In this document: piece after piece, positions 27,458 to 36,032 of the stretch
Layout: each line of letters begins with the position of its first letter
How positions within the stretch are numbered: the first letter of the stretch is position 1
From: a virus
Taxonomy: Duplodnaviria; Caudoviricetes
Reading direction: 5' to 3' (one strand)
IMG/VR virus record: IMGVR_UViG_3300032286_000399
Location: 1-39,470 of that record
Length of the DNA stretch: 39,470 nucleotides
Program-made: the position numbers and the translations under genes
The notes under the pieces: model-generated
Databases searched by the model: none
What the model was told of the DNA's origin: nothing
What the model saw: only the letters and a program-made list of their open reading frames with translations

Positions 27458-27631
27458 ATGGATTTTACCCACGCAGTAGTAGACGATGGCGATATCATCA
27501 GGAAATATCGTTGGTCTAAACGAGAGGCTAAGTGGTATAAAGATTCACATCCAAATATAGATGTGATAGAGTTACCTAAAGAACCAAAGAAAGAATTTAA
27601 TACTAACGACTACGAGGAGGCACCATATTAA
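27458..27631 (+). CDS. hypothetical protein
   Basis: RBS GAAAGGA before MDFTHAVVD. Confidence 0.7.
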   Translation: MDFTHAVVDDGDIIRKYRWSKREAKWYKDSHPNIDVIELPKEPKKEFNTNDYEEAPY

Positions 27632-27903
27632 TGGCAAAATATAAATTAGTAATGAAGGAACTAGACTTTAAGAACACGCTTGAATTTGAAGCTGATGGAT
27701 TAGAAGATGTGATAGCTAATATGGAAATCTTTTTAAAGGGTAATGGATTTTTCTTTGATGGAGCATTAGATATTCATGAGGGCGAAGTCCAAAAGAATGC
27801 TATGCACTATGTATGTAGACAAACAACCGATAGAGAATTTGATGATATCATTACTGATAGCGATCAACTAGACATGGAGTTTAAAGATGACTCAAGATTA
27901 TAA
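27631..27903 (+). CDS. hypothetical acidic protein
   Basis: RBS GAGGAGG; EFEA..L..V....E.FLKG.GF.F.G motif. Confidence 0.7.
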   Translation: MAKYKLVMKELDFKNTLEFEADGLEDVIANMEIFLKGNGFFFDGALDIHEGEVQKNAMHYVCRQTTDREFDDIITDSDQLDMEFKDDSRL

Positions 27904-28048
27904 AATAAGGAAACTATGGAGAGTTAAACTTCATGCTAAACGTTGTAACGATCAAGATCATTCAGACGCAAGGTATGAAAGAGACGCTCAAGTATTAAAC
28001 AGAGCAATGGCAATTTATAAAGTAGAAGGTAGGAAAGCAACATGGTAG
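27887..28048 (+). CDS. hypothetical protein (53 aa, not in ORF track)
   Basis: RBS GGAG; MTQDYKIRKLWRVKLH... Confidence 0.55.
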   Translation: MTQDYKIRKLWRVKLHAKRCNDQDHSDARYERDAQVLNRAMAIYKVEGRKATW

Positions 28049-28200
28049 ATACAAATAAAACAATAATAGTTGAAAATGTTTTAGTTAAGGGGTATATTAA
28101 GCACCCTAACGGAAAGAAGACGATGTTTGAATTTAACAAACAAGATTTCAAGCCGTCAGCATTCGAGAAAATATTTGAGGAAGTAGGGAGAAAGTTTTAA
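28042..28200 (+). CDS. hypothetical protein (52 aa, not in ORF track)
   Basis: RBS AGGA; MVDTNKTIIVENVLVKGY...; TAATG coupling to the next gene. Confidence 0.55.
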   Translation: MVDTNKTIIVENVLVKGYIKHPNGKKTMFEFNKQDFKPSAFEKIFEEVGRKF

Positions 28201-28427
28201 TGTATACAAAGTTAGATGATGAGAGACATGCTAAGTTGATTCAGAAATATATCAGTGAACATCCAGAAGATTGTGTTAAAGACATTGTACAAAATTGCAG
28301 AGTTACACGTAGACGTTTATTGCAATTAAAAACAGAAGGATTAGTTTCATTACCAGAACCAATGGCACTTGGTGTCAGAAATAAGAGATGGCGTGAAAAC
28401 AAAGCCGTTCAATCAGCAAGTTCATGA
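28200..28427 (+). CDS. putative winged-HTH-like protein
   Basis: IQKYISEHP...KDIVQ...VTR..L..L...GLV pattern. Confidence 0.45.
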   Translation: MYTKLDDERHAKLIQKYISEHPEDCVKDIVQNCRVTRRRLLQLKTEGLVSLPEPMALGVRNKRWRENKAVQSASS

Positions 28428-28815
28428 TGCATGTGATCCACCCGCAAGAGAAGCAGTAATTAAATATATTAAAGATACATGGGGTTTAAATGCTTGGCAT
28501 AACCCAAACAAGTATGCAGTAGATTTAATTATTGAGCGGGATAAAGAGGCGATTGGGTATGCAGAGATAGAGATGAGAGATTGGGATCATTGCCCGTTCA
28601 AAACAATCCATATACCTAAACGAAAAGATAAACTATTTGATAACGATAGGGATACAATTTATTTTGTTGTGTCAAGAGGTATAACTAAAGCTTGGTATGT
28701 TAATTCACAGGTGATTAAAACTTCATCAGTGCATGAGATACCTAACAAAGCAGTTAGTCAAGGGGAATATTTTTATGATGTGCCTCTATACCTATTCACT
28801 GAAGTGAATTTGTAG
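28393..28815 (+). CDS. putative PD-(D/E)XK-fold endonuclease
   Basis: YAVDLII...GYAEIEMR; the start is uncertain (28369 or GTG at 28393). Confidence 0.45.
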   Translation: MKTKPFNQQVHDACDPPAREAVIKYIKDTWGLNAWHNPNKYAVDLIIERDKEAIGYAEIEMRDWDHCPFKTIHIPKRKDKLFDNDRDTIYFVVSRGITKAWYVNSQVIKTSSVHEIPNKAVSQGEYFYDVPLYLFTEVNL

Positions 28816-28828
28816 CATAGAATTATAA

Positions 28829-29128
28829 ATGAGAGATACCAATCCCGAATACACAGATTTAGAACATAGGATATTAGAACTATCTGATGTGATAGATATG
28901 TTGAATGAAGAGAATACACGATATAAAGATATCATTGCCTCTCAGCAATGGAATGCAACCGAGTTTGAAAAAGACTATATATTAAATGAGATCACTCAAC
29001 TAAGAAAAGATGTGGCAGTATTAGAGAAGAGTGAGGAAAGTGCAATAGCTAGTCGTGATATGTTTCAAAATAGGAATGCTGAACTACTAAGACAATTAGC
29101 GTATTACAAGAAGCTTACCAAAGCTTAG
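28829..29128 (+). CDS. hypothetical coiled-coil protein
   Basis: Heptad-like helical ORF. Confidence 0.65.
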   Translation: MRDTNPEYTDLEHRILELSDVIDMLNEENTRYKDIIASQQWNATEFEKDYILNEITQLRKDVAVLEKSEESAIASRDMFQNRNAELLRQLAYYKKLTKA

Positions 29129-29166
29129 CCCACCCCAGAGGGTATCTGGAAGTTAAAAGGATAATT

Positions 29167-30654
29167 ATGTTAGAACTACGAGAACACCAAAAAGGTGTCA
29201 TTGATGCATTGCGTCAGGGATTTAAAGATGGCCACAGATCACAACTACTATACGCACCCACAGGATTTGGCAAGACAGAAGTAGCTATTTATTTAATGGA
29301 GGCTACACGCAAGAAGGATAACAGATCAGCTATGATCTTAGATCGTATCGTATTAGTAGATCAAACATCACAACGGCTAGACAAGTATTCAATTTTTCAT
29401 GGTGTGCATCAAGCTGACCATTGGAAATATAATACATCAGAACTCATTCAGATATGCTCATCACAAACACTAGAACGCAGGCAAGACTTTCCCAAGATGG
29501 ATGTATTGATCATTGATGAGTGCCATATTACTAGGAAACAGATTAGCGAATTGATTCAGAAGAATCCTAAACTTAAAGTGATAGGATTGACTGCCACTCC
29601 ATTCACTAAGGGATTGGGTAATTTATATACTAATGTTGTATGCGGTGCAACGACTCAATCATTAGTGGTTAATAAATGGTTAGCCCCACTCAGAGTTTAT
29701 ATTGCTAAAGAGATTGACATGAAGGGCGCTAAGAAGATAGCGGGTGAATGGTCGCCTGATGTAGTTACAGAACGAGGCATGAGAATTACAGGTGATATCG
29801 TTCAAGAATGGATTAAGAAAACTCATGAAGTATTCGGCAGACCACGCAAGACTATCGTCTTCTGTGCGGGAGTTGCTCATGGCCAAGACTTAGTTAAGCA
29901 GTTTGCCGAGAAAGGATATAACTTTGTATCTATATCTTATAAAGAGACAAGTGAATTTAAGAAGGAAGTCATTGAAGATTTCAGTAGGCCTGATACAGAA
30001 ATACACGGATTGATTGCAACAGACATCTTAACTCGTGGCTTTGATGTGCCTGATGTTATGATTGGAGTATCAGCTAGACCATTCAGCAAGTCATTAAGTT
30101 CCCATATTCAACAGATGGGTAGAGTCATGCGCCCATGTCAAGATAAAGAGTTTGCCTTGTGGTTAGATCATTCAGGTAATTACCTACGCTTCCGTAATGA
30201 TTGGGAAGATGTATATCAAAAAGGTGTTGAAGAGTTAGATGAAAGCAAGGTAGAACACGCTCATAAAGAACCCACAGAACGAGAAAAGAAGGAAGCTAAG
30301 TGTCCATCATGCGAAGCGTTATGGGAGCATGGGGCAGAGGAATGTTATGCTTGTGGTTATCTCAGGAAGAAAAAGCAATTTGGCTCATTAGCGGGTGAGA
30401 TGCATGAATTAGGTATGAATGGTCGTGATGATGTAAGAGTCCGCCAACAATTCTTCTCAGAGTTATTATATGTAGCTAAGAATAAGAAGTATAGTCCTAA
30501 TTGGGCAAGCCATAAGTATCGTGAGAAGTATGGTGTATGGCCTAGAGATTTAGTATTTAGAACCGAGACTCCATCCATTGCCACAATGAATTGGATTAAA
30601 TCAAGAATGATTGCTTATAGTAGAGCAAATAAAAAAGATAGGAAAGTAGCATGA
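29167..30654 (+). CDS. superfamily 2 DExH helicase with C-terminal zinc finger
   Basis: APTGFGKT, IIDECH, GLTATP, TRGFDVP, QQMGRVMR, CPSC...CYAC. Confidence 0.93.
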   Translation: MLELREHQKGVIDALRQGFKDGHRSQLLYAPTGFGKTEVAIYLMEATRKKDNRSAMILDRIVLVDQTSQRLDKYSIFHGVHQADHWKYNTSELIQICSSQTLERRQDFPKMDVLIIDECHITRKQISELIQKNPKLKVIGLTATPFTKGLGNLYTNVVCGATTQSLVVNKWLAPLRVYIAKEIDMKGAKKIAGEWSPDVVTERGMRITGDIVQEWIKKTHEVFGRPRKTIVFCAGVAHGQDLVKQFAEKGYNFVSISYKETSEFKKEVIEDFSRPDTEIHGLIATDILTRGFDVPDVMIGVSARPFSKSLSSHIQQMGRVMRPCQDKEFALWLDHSGNYLRFRNDWEDVYQKGVEELDESKVEHAHKEPTEREKKEAKCPSCEALWEHGAEECYACGYLRKKKQFGSLAGEMHELGMNGRDDVRVRQQFFSELLYVAKNKKYSPNWASHKYREKYGVWPRDLVFRTETPSIATMNWIKSRMIAYSRANKKDRKVA

Positions 30655-31484
30655 GATTTGAAGACTTTGCAAGGATACATGGTTTAATTATTGATAGTGT
30701 CATACCACATAGACAAGTAAGAACCCCGACAGAAGATCACCCAAGAAGTAATAACGGATCGTATAAGTTTCTAGGTGATGTAGGTTTTGTAATGAATTGG
30801 GCTACGATGGAAGAGCCAGCAGTATGGTTTCCCGATAAGAAAACCGCCTCAAGCGCAGTAATTAAAAAGAGTTCCGTAGATCACGCTAAAGAGCGTGAAC
30901 GCCTAGCTAAGAAGGCTAGTGATAAAGCGGGGTGGATAATGCACCAATGCAAACAAGAAACCCATCCATACTTAGCTTCTAAAGGCTTCCCAGATGAGCT
31001 AGGGAACGTCTGGACAAAGGATAATGAGCGCATCTTAGTTATACCCATGCGGATCGACAAACGACTTGCGGGGTGTCAACTCATCGATGACAAGGGGGTC
31101 AAGAAGTTCCTGTATGGACAAACGACTAAGGGGGCAAGTCTTACCATGAATGCAAAGGGACTCCCCATCTTTTGCGAAGGGTATGCGACTGCCCTTAGCG
31201 TCAGAGAAGCCATGATCTTCAATAACATCAAGTATTCTATTCACGTCTGTTTCAGCGCATCCAATATGAAGTTCGTAGCAGGGCAGTTCCCCTATGGACT
31301 CATCATTGCCGATAACGATAATTCCCATGTTGGTGAGATTTCCGCTAGGAAAACAGGCAAGCCTTACTGGCTCTCTCCCGCAGTCTCCGAAGATTTTAAT
31401 GATTTTCATAAACGAGTAGGCACATTTAAGGCCTCTCAATCCCTTAAAAAGAAGTTAATAGAGATAGGTAGCTTGGTGTTCTAA
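30651..31484 (+). CDS. Toprim-domain primase-like protein
   Basis: HPYL..KG, LVIPM, QLI...G.KKFL.G, CEGYATALS, IIADND, DFND. Confidence 0.85.
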   Translation: MRFEDFARIHGLIIDSVIPHRQVRTPTEDHPRSNNGSYKFLGDVGFVMNWATMEEPAVWFPDKKTASSAVIKKSSVDHAKERERLAKKASDKAGWIMHQCKQETHPYLASKGFPDELGNVWTKDNERILVIPMRIDKRLAGCQLIDDKGVKKFLYGQTTKGASLTMNAKGLPIFCEGYATALSVREAMIFNNIKYSIHVCFSASNMKFVAGQFPYGLIIADNDNSHVGEISARKTGKPYWLSPAVSEDFNDFHKRVGTFKASQSLKKKLIEIGSLVF

Positions 31485-31493
31485 ACTACCTAT
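31464..31493. terminator. hairpin between convergent primase and hydrolase genes
   Basis: ATAGGTAG...CTACCTAT inverted repeat; no clear U-tract. Confidence 0.35.
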
Positions 31494-31499
31494 TATAGA

Positions 31500-31880
31500 C
31501 TAATAAAAGTAAAGATTATTTACTTGGGCTAACAAAGGCTTCTTAAATACATTCTGCTTTGGGTGTATTCTGCTATCGTGAAAAAACTTAGAATGCCCAA
31601 CGGGATTATATGTATAGCCTTTTTGCTTCGTTAGAAATTTAACTGCTTGTAGCTTATAAGTTAGTAATTGAATATGGCTTGGTTCTTTTGCCCTACCATC
31701 TTGTATCATGGTTATATATTCAAATTGCTTAGGCTCATATACTACATTACAGACTTTGCTTATTGTCTTGGCTCGGTTCATAACTACATTATAAACTGCC
31801 TGTTGATTAGCAAAATCCCCACCCGCTTCACCGAATAATACAAGGGCTAGGCAAGTGCTTGCTAGTTCTAGTTCTACCAT
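31500..31880 (-). CDS. SleB-like cell wall hydrolase (Hydrolase_2)
   Basis: CLA...FGEAGG....QQAV..VVMNR...C.VVY...QF...FFH...LYFY; RBS GAGGA. Confidence 0.82.
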   Translation of the reverse strand: MVELELASTCLALVLFGEAGGDFANQQAVYNVVMNRAKTISKVCNVVYEPKQFEYITMIQDGRAKEPSHIQLLTYKLQAVKFLTKQKGYTYNPVGHSKFFHDSRIHPKQNVFKKPLLAQVNNLYFY

Positions 31881-31982
31881 AAATTTTCCTCTTTGTTATT
31901 ATGGAATGCACAGAGTATCAGTATTATCAAGGGTTTCAAAGCATACAGCGTCATAAATGTATGCTATAATTAGCCTTATGGC

Positions 31983-32171
31983 CTACCCTTTTTCCTTAAA
32001 ATCAGCAATTAAAACTACCAATTCATACTCTTTACTAAATTCTTTAATTGGGGCTTTAGTCCATAAGTAAGTTGTAGCGTATTTATAAATGCTTGTTCCG
32101 CTCTTCTTCTTCACCTTATAGGCTTGGCACTTAAAAAACTCCGCCCCCTTTAAAGCCTGTTGCTCAGTCAT
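31983..32171 (-). CDS. hypothetical early protein
   Basis: RBS GAGG; coupled to the upstream gene. Confidence 0.6.
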   Translation of the reverse strand: MTEQQALKGAEFFKCQAYKVKKKSGTSIYKYATTYLWTKAPIKEFSKEYELVVLIADFKEKG

Positions 32172-32391
32172 TTTTAACCTCTACAATGCGAAAATCTTCA
32201 CGATCAGGCACATCTGCCAAATAATTGTCATCAACGGCAGTTTGGCAGTCTTCTAAAAACATATCTAACTCTTCTTTTGCCACCTCATACTTTTCATATG
32301 TAGTAGATATGGTATTTCCGTCATCATCTTCATAAGACCATGTATTAGTCCAACCGCCACATAAACACCATTCTTGAATTTCGTAAGCCAT
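32164..32391 (-). CDS. hypothetical acidic early protein
   Basis: YEIQ....GGWTNTW motif; RBS AGGT. Confidence 0.65.
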   Translation of the reverse strand: MAYEIQEWCLCGGWTNTWSYEDDDGNTISTTYEKYEVAKEELDMFLEDCQTAVDDNYLADVPDREDFRIVEVKND

Positions 32392-32392
32392 T

Positions 32393-32578
32393 TTAAAACC
32401 TACCTTTCAATGAATATAATGCCGATAATCTTTCTTTAGAATTTAGGATAGGTATCTCATTATCCTTATCGTTTTCTGCGATCATTTCCTCTTGAAATCC
32501 CTTTTCAAAGTTTATTGCATCACTAATAGCTATGTATAATATCTTTTCTTCAAAGTCATTCAGTTCCAAGTTCATCAT
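32393..32578 (-). CDS. hypothetical early protein
   Basis: RBS GAGGAGG precedes MMNLEL. Confidence 0.6.
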   Translation of the reverse strand: MMNLELNDFEEKILYIAISDAINFEKGFQEEMIAENDKDNEIPILNSKERLSALYSLKGRF

Positions 32579-32690
32579 CTTCCTCCTCATCTACCATAAA
32601 ATTGATTGTTCTTAGGCCATCATATATTTCCATAACCTCAAATTTAACATCTAGCTTATTTAACTCTTCATATAGTTCCATTGGTGTCAT
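32556..32690 (-). CDS. hypothetical early protein (44 aa, not in ORF track)
   Basis: RBS GAGGGG; MTPMELYEELNKLDVKFEV... Confidence 0.6.
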   Translation of the reverse strand: MTPMELYEELNKLDVKFEVMEIYDGLRTINFMVDEEEDDELGTE

Positions 32691-32893
32691 ATATACCCCT
32701 CTTGTTTAGATTGTTTAAACATCATGGCTTGATATCTTGCCACGAATAATAAATAGTTCATTTCACTCTCTACCTTAAAAAAATTATTTGCATCTAATTT
32801 ATACCTAAACCAATGGTGTTTATCTTTATCATCTATTACTAACCAAGCATACCGCTTAAAAGGTGCATAGTATTTTATATATCGCATTATCAT
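32687..32893 (-). CDS. hypothetical early protein
   Basis: RBS AGGAGG. Confidence 0.55.
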   Translation of the reverse strand: MIMRYIKYYAPFKRYAWLVIDDKDKHHWFRYKLDANNFFKVESEMNYLLFVARYQAMMFKQSKQEGYI

Positions 32894-32904
32894 TACATTG
32901 CCTC

Positions 32905-33096
32905 CTAGTGTGAATTAGTATTGGCTTCTTGATCGGAAGCCCATTGATCTGTGCAATTATCAAACCTTCTCATGCACTCCTCTGCAATAGCAGTCATAAG
33001 TTTAAGATAGTCATCACCTTCAACTCCTTCAATCTCATCTGCATCTTGCATGGCCTCTAATACATTCTTATATATTGCTAATGCTCTGTTGTTCAT
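32905..33096 (-). CDS. hypothetical early protein
   Basis: RBS AAGGGG before MNNRALAI (start trimmed from the track). Confidence 0.6.
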   Translation of the reverse strand: MNNRALAIYKNVLEAMQDADEIEGVEGDDYLKLMTAIAEECMRRFDNCTDQWASDQEANTNSH

Positions 33097-33382
33097 TATT
33101 TTCCCCTTTAAAGTAAAATTCATATTCTTCCCAAAACTCTTCTGCACTATTGATCTGAATATAATCACTATGAGTTTCGTTGTAATTATCTTGCGTTGCC
33201 CATACAATTTTAAAGCCCAAGTCGAAAAAATCACCATCTTCCTCAGGATCATAATCGGTATCATAGTTCATATCCTCAACCTTGCCCCAACCATCACTTC
33301 TAAACCATTCGAAAGCATTTTGATCTGCCATAGCTTGTGCTAAAGCATAAGCATTGGCTTCTGTTATTTGCTTACTCATCAT
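33068..33382 (-). CDS. hypothetical acidic early protein
   Basis: RBS GAGGAGG before MMSKQ. Confidence 0.6.
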   Translation of the reverse strand: MMSKQITEANAYALAQAMADQNAFEWFRSDGWGKVEDMNYDTDYDPEEDGDFFDLGFKIVWATQDNYNETHSDYIQINSAEEFWEEYEFYFKGENNEQQSISNI

Positions 33383-33581
33383 CTTCCTCCTCATCTTGCA
33401 TTTTTAAATAATGCTCATACTCTTCTGTAAGTTCCTCATCAGTATAATTGTTGTATCCTTTTCTGCCATTAAGAAGCATATCTCTTATACAATCATCATT
33501 CTCTCCCATAGACATACTAGACACTCCATTCATATCATCTTCTAATAATTCAGATATTACTTGTTTTCTATTCATCACCAT
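33372..33581 (-). CDS. hypothetical acidic early protein
   Basis: RBS GAGGAG; G.KGYNNYTDEEL.EEY. Confidence 0.65.
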   Translation of the reverse strand: MVMNRKQVISELLEDDMNGVSSMSMGENDDCIRDMLLNGRKGYNNYTDEELTEEYEHYLKMQDEEEDDE

Positions 33582-33738
33582 ACTCCTCTATTTTATAAAC
33601 ATTAAAATGATCGCTATCACAAGGTTCTAATTGACTTGCTACATCATAAAACTTTTCCATAGCTTCATCTCTAGTTTCAGCTTCAATTTCTTCTTGGTAA
33701 TACACTTCCTCACTTGCTTTAATTATAAATCTAGGCAT
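33568..33738 (-). CDS. DpnD/PcfM-like small protein (56 aa, not in ORF track)
   Basis: MPRFIIKASEEVYYQEEIEAETRDEAMEKF; RBS GAGGAGG. Confidence 0.6.
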   Translation of the reverse strand: MPRFIIKASEEVYYQEEIEAETRDEAMEKFYDVASQLEPCDSDHFNVYKIEEYGDE

Positions 33739-33904
33739 TTTCTACCTCCTCAACTGATAATATTTCAAAGTTTACATCTTCAACTGCAACCCAATCGTTT
33801 AGATCAATACCATTAGATATGCTTTCTGCCTCTGCCTCGTTTTCTGCATCAACATCAATTTCATATAAAGTAGTGACCTCTGCGGTAATCGTATATTTTT
33901 TCAT
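33731..33904 (-). CDS. DpnD/PcfM-like small protein (57 aa, not in ORF track)
   Basis: MKKYTITAEVTTLYEIDVDAENEAEAES; RBS AGGGG. Confidence 0.6.
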   Translation of the reverse strand: MKKYTITAEVTTLYEIDVDAENEAEAESISNGIDLNDWVAVEDVNFEILSVEEVENA

Positions 33905-34068
33905 TGTTGGCTTTCCCCTATAAATGTTATATCTGCATCTCTGATATCAGAAGGTTCTAAATCGCTATATAACTCCCAAAACTTTTCACTAGCCTCATCA
34001 CGATCTTGAGCCTCCACCATTGTTTTATAAACATGGGTTTCCCTTGCTTCAATCAAAAACTTCTTCAT
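33901..34068 (-). CDS. DpnD/PcfM-like small protein (55 aa, not in ORF track)
   Basis: MKKFLIEARETHVYKTMVEAQDRDEASEKF; RBS GAAAGGG. Confidence 0.6.
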   Translation of the reverse strand: MKKFLIEARETHVYKTMVEAQDRDEASEKFWELYSDLEPSDIRDADITFIGESQQ

Positions 34069-34139
34069 AATTAACCCTTTCTAGTTAAGATTATCAAATG
34101 ATAATCAGATAGCACCCATAAGGCGCTATCGGGTATCAC
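34069..34139 (-). repeat. intergenic double-hairpin element, diverged copy
   Basis: GATAGCGCC-ttatg-GGTGCTATC followed by GATTATCA-T-TTGATAATC and RBS GAAAGGG. Confidence 0.55.
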
Positions 34140-34406
34140 TTAAATAACAGGAATAACATCTAAATCATCATCAGATGTAAATAAAGCGCCTCCGTCATTA
34201 CCTTCATCATCTTTTTGCGGTATTATGTATGAGCCATCAGTAAATTTAATAATGACAGGCTTTTTATACCACATAAAGTCCTCCATCTCTTCATGGGTCA
34301 TATATCTAACTGATTTAATAGTCTTGCCTACTAAGAAATCACTAACCTTTCTATTCCATACATCAGCGATCTCTAAATCATATTTTTTTCTCTCTTGCGG
34401 TGTCAT
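34140..34406 (-). CDS. hypothetical early protein
   Basis: LVGKTIKSVRYM...P..DDEGNDGGALF; RBS GAGGAGG. Confidence 0.7.
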   Translation of the reverse strand: MTPQERKKYDLEIADVWNRKVSDFLVGKTIKSVRYMTHEEMEDFMWYKKPVIIKFTDGSYIIPQKDDEGNDGGALFTSDDDLDVIPVI

Positions 34407-34582
34407 CTTACTTCCTCCTCGATATTGTCTTTATAAAATCTTTCTACTGCTTCAATGGATTGATTAGCCCAACCTACCCAACCATCTCTAATAATCCACT
34501 CCATATCATCACGCTCAGCACCACTTTGAAGCCAATCAGTTTCGAATTTAACACAAGCCTCTCTCTTTTCATCTATTGTCAT
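34403..34582 (-). CDS. hypothetical early protein (59 aa, not in ORF track)
   Basis: MTIDEKREAC...; RBS AGGAGG; weakly resembles 33372-33581. Confidence 0.6.
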   Translation of the reverse strand: MTIDEKREACVKFETDWLQSGAERDDMEWIIRDGWVGWANQSIEAVERFYKDNIEEEVR

Positions 34583-34755
34583 ATTGCCTCCTGTTCGTTT
34601 ATATAACTTTCCATATTCACAATAGTGACATTTTCTTTACCCTCTGCAAAAAGTTCACTAGCCATTTTGAAAGCCTTTTCTTGTGTTAAGTAATAGGCAT
34701 TGACTTCCATATCCGCCATTTCTTCTTCACAATAAACACTATATCTATCGCTCAT
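34579..34755 (-). CDS. hypothetical early protein (58 aa, not in ORF track)
   Basis: MSDRYSVYCEEE...; RBS AGGAGG. Confidence 0.6.
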   Translation of the reverse strand: MSDRYSVYCEEEMADMEVNAYYLTQEKAFKMASELFAEGKENVTIVNMESYINEQEAI

Positions 34756-34943
34756 ATTGCCTCCTGTTTATCAAGTTTAAATTTGTATGCAAAGTCATCA
34801 CTTGCAGAGTAGTTTTTAATCATACCATGACCTAAGTTTTGAATAATGCTTTCCAATGCCTCGCCTAATGAATTCCCATCATCACAAGTAATAACGATTT
34901 CACACTTCCAACCATCGCCCTTTACTAAATCTATATCTTTCAT
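34752..34943 (-). CDS. hypothetical early protein
   Basis: RBS GAGGGGG; coupled. Confidence 0.6.
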   Translation of the reverse strand: MKDIDLVKGDGWKCEIVITCDDGNSLGEALESIIQNLGHGMIKNYSASDDFAYKFKLDKQEAI

Positions 34944-35095
34944 ATTGCCCCCTCTGTTTGTTTAACATCACTATGTTGTTTGCGCCAAGCCTTAACCAAT
35001 GAATAACGCATGGCCTCTCTTAAAGTTCTTGGTGTCTGCCATTGATAATAATTGTATCTAAAGAAGTGCTTTGCTTTGTCTTGATCTGTTTTCAT
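34940..35095 (-). CDS. hypothetical early protein
   Basis: RBS GAGGGA before MKTDQDK; PRTLREA motif. Confidence 0.55.
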   Translation of the reverse strand: MKTDQDKAKHFFRYNYYQWQTPRTLREAMRYSLVKAWRKQHSDVKQTEGAI

Positions 35096-35103
35096 ATGTC
35101 CCT

Positions 35104-35544
35104 CTACCATGATGATTGATAATAAAAATCCCAATTACCTTTGATATCCTCATCAGAGATAAGCTTTTCTAAAGCGGGTATTGTTCGTTTAACTTGATCT
35201 AATTCCCATTCTATGCCATCAGCATCATCAGCTTGAAGCGGTAATATGTCCTCAGCTAATGACGGATTTTTATCTACCTTTTTTAAGGTGTCCAATAGAT
35301 TTCCTAATAAATCCCTCGAAACCCAATACTCCTTACAATTATCCTCGCCATCTTGAGCATTCATAACAAACCAATGATGAATAGCCCAAGCCTTGCGCCA
35401 ATAAAACGCTTCCTTTCTTACTTCATTGGTATTGCCCAATGACGCACCGCCTATCATTTCATCAATCTTATCGGCCAATGCCTTGTCATGCTCATTAAAA
35501 CTAAACAAATATCGTTTAGCTGATAAATACATATCTAAACCCAT
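35104..35544 (-). CDS. conserved phage protein of unknown function
   Basis: MGLDMYL...YWRKA.AIH.WFV...DNC...YYQSSW. Confidence 0.75.
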   Translation of the reverse strand: MGLDMYLSAKRYLFSFNEHDKALADKIDEMIGGASLGNTNEVRKEAFYWRKAWAIHHWFVMNAQDGEDNCKEYWVSRDLLGNLLDTLKKVDKNPSLAEDILPLQADDADGIEWELDQVKRTIPALEKLISDEDIKGNWDFYYQSSW

Positions 35545-35620
35545 GATGTTCCCCTTTTCTAGTTAATAAAACATAAAACCGCCTCATGCGCAGTAATGAC
35601 GCAAAATTTTATATGCGCCC

Positions 35621-35785
35621 CTACTTATCCCATAAAGCGATAATCTCACCTGATTTAATCAAATCAGCAATCCACAGGCCAAAATCTGTTGACTTATAAA
35701 AAGCATTAAAGCCCTTATCCTCATGCCTGTTTTTCTGAAAGCGATCAACCAAATCATAATAATACACTTGTTCTAATTTTTCCAT
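35621..35785 (-). CDS. hypothetical early protein (54 aa, not in ORF track)
   Basis: MEKLEQVYYY...; RBS GAGG. Confidence 0.55.
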   Translation of the reverse strand: MEKLEQVYYYDLVDRFQKNRHEDKGFNAFYKSTDFGLWIADLIKSGEIIALWDK

Positions 35786-35787
35786 AA

Positions 35788-35964
35788 TTAAGCCTCAGGG
35801 TGCTTATGTTCCCATGCACCTTTTCCCAAGTTAATTAATGTTTGCGCCTCTTGTGGATATAAGCCATGATGTTCTGCAAATTTATCAATAGTTAAATAGT
35901 CATTCCTATAATCTAAATATGCGTCAATCAGAATATCCCTTAATTCCCTATTCCATGTAATCAT
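35788..35964 (-). CDS. hypothetical early protein (58 aa, not in ORF track)
   Basis: YLDY.NDYLTIDKFAEHHGL; RBS GAAAGGGA. Confidence 0.65.
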   Translation of the reverse strand: MITWNRELRDILIDAYLDYRNDYLTIDKFAEHHGLYPQEAQTLINLGKGAWEHKHPEA

Positions 35965-36032
35965 ATTATCCCTTTCATATTGGCCAAAAATAGCCCCTTA
36001 AAGCCCCGTTAAAGAGGCTTTAAAAGATATTT
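35965..36032 (-). repeat. intergenic double-hairpin element
   Basis: AAATA-TCTTTTAAAGCC...GGCTTTAAGGGG-C-TATTT then RBS GAAAGGG. Confidence 0.7.

Noticed and set aside
27936-28151. Minus-strand 71-aa ORF
   Set aside because: The region is better explained by two coupled plus-strand ORFs with RBSs (27887-28048, 28042-28200).
33050-34606. Plus-strand ORFs over the early operon
   Set aside because: They are antisense to tightly coupled minus-strand genes with strong RBSs.
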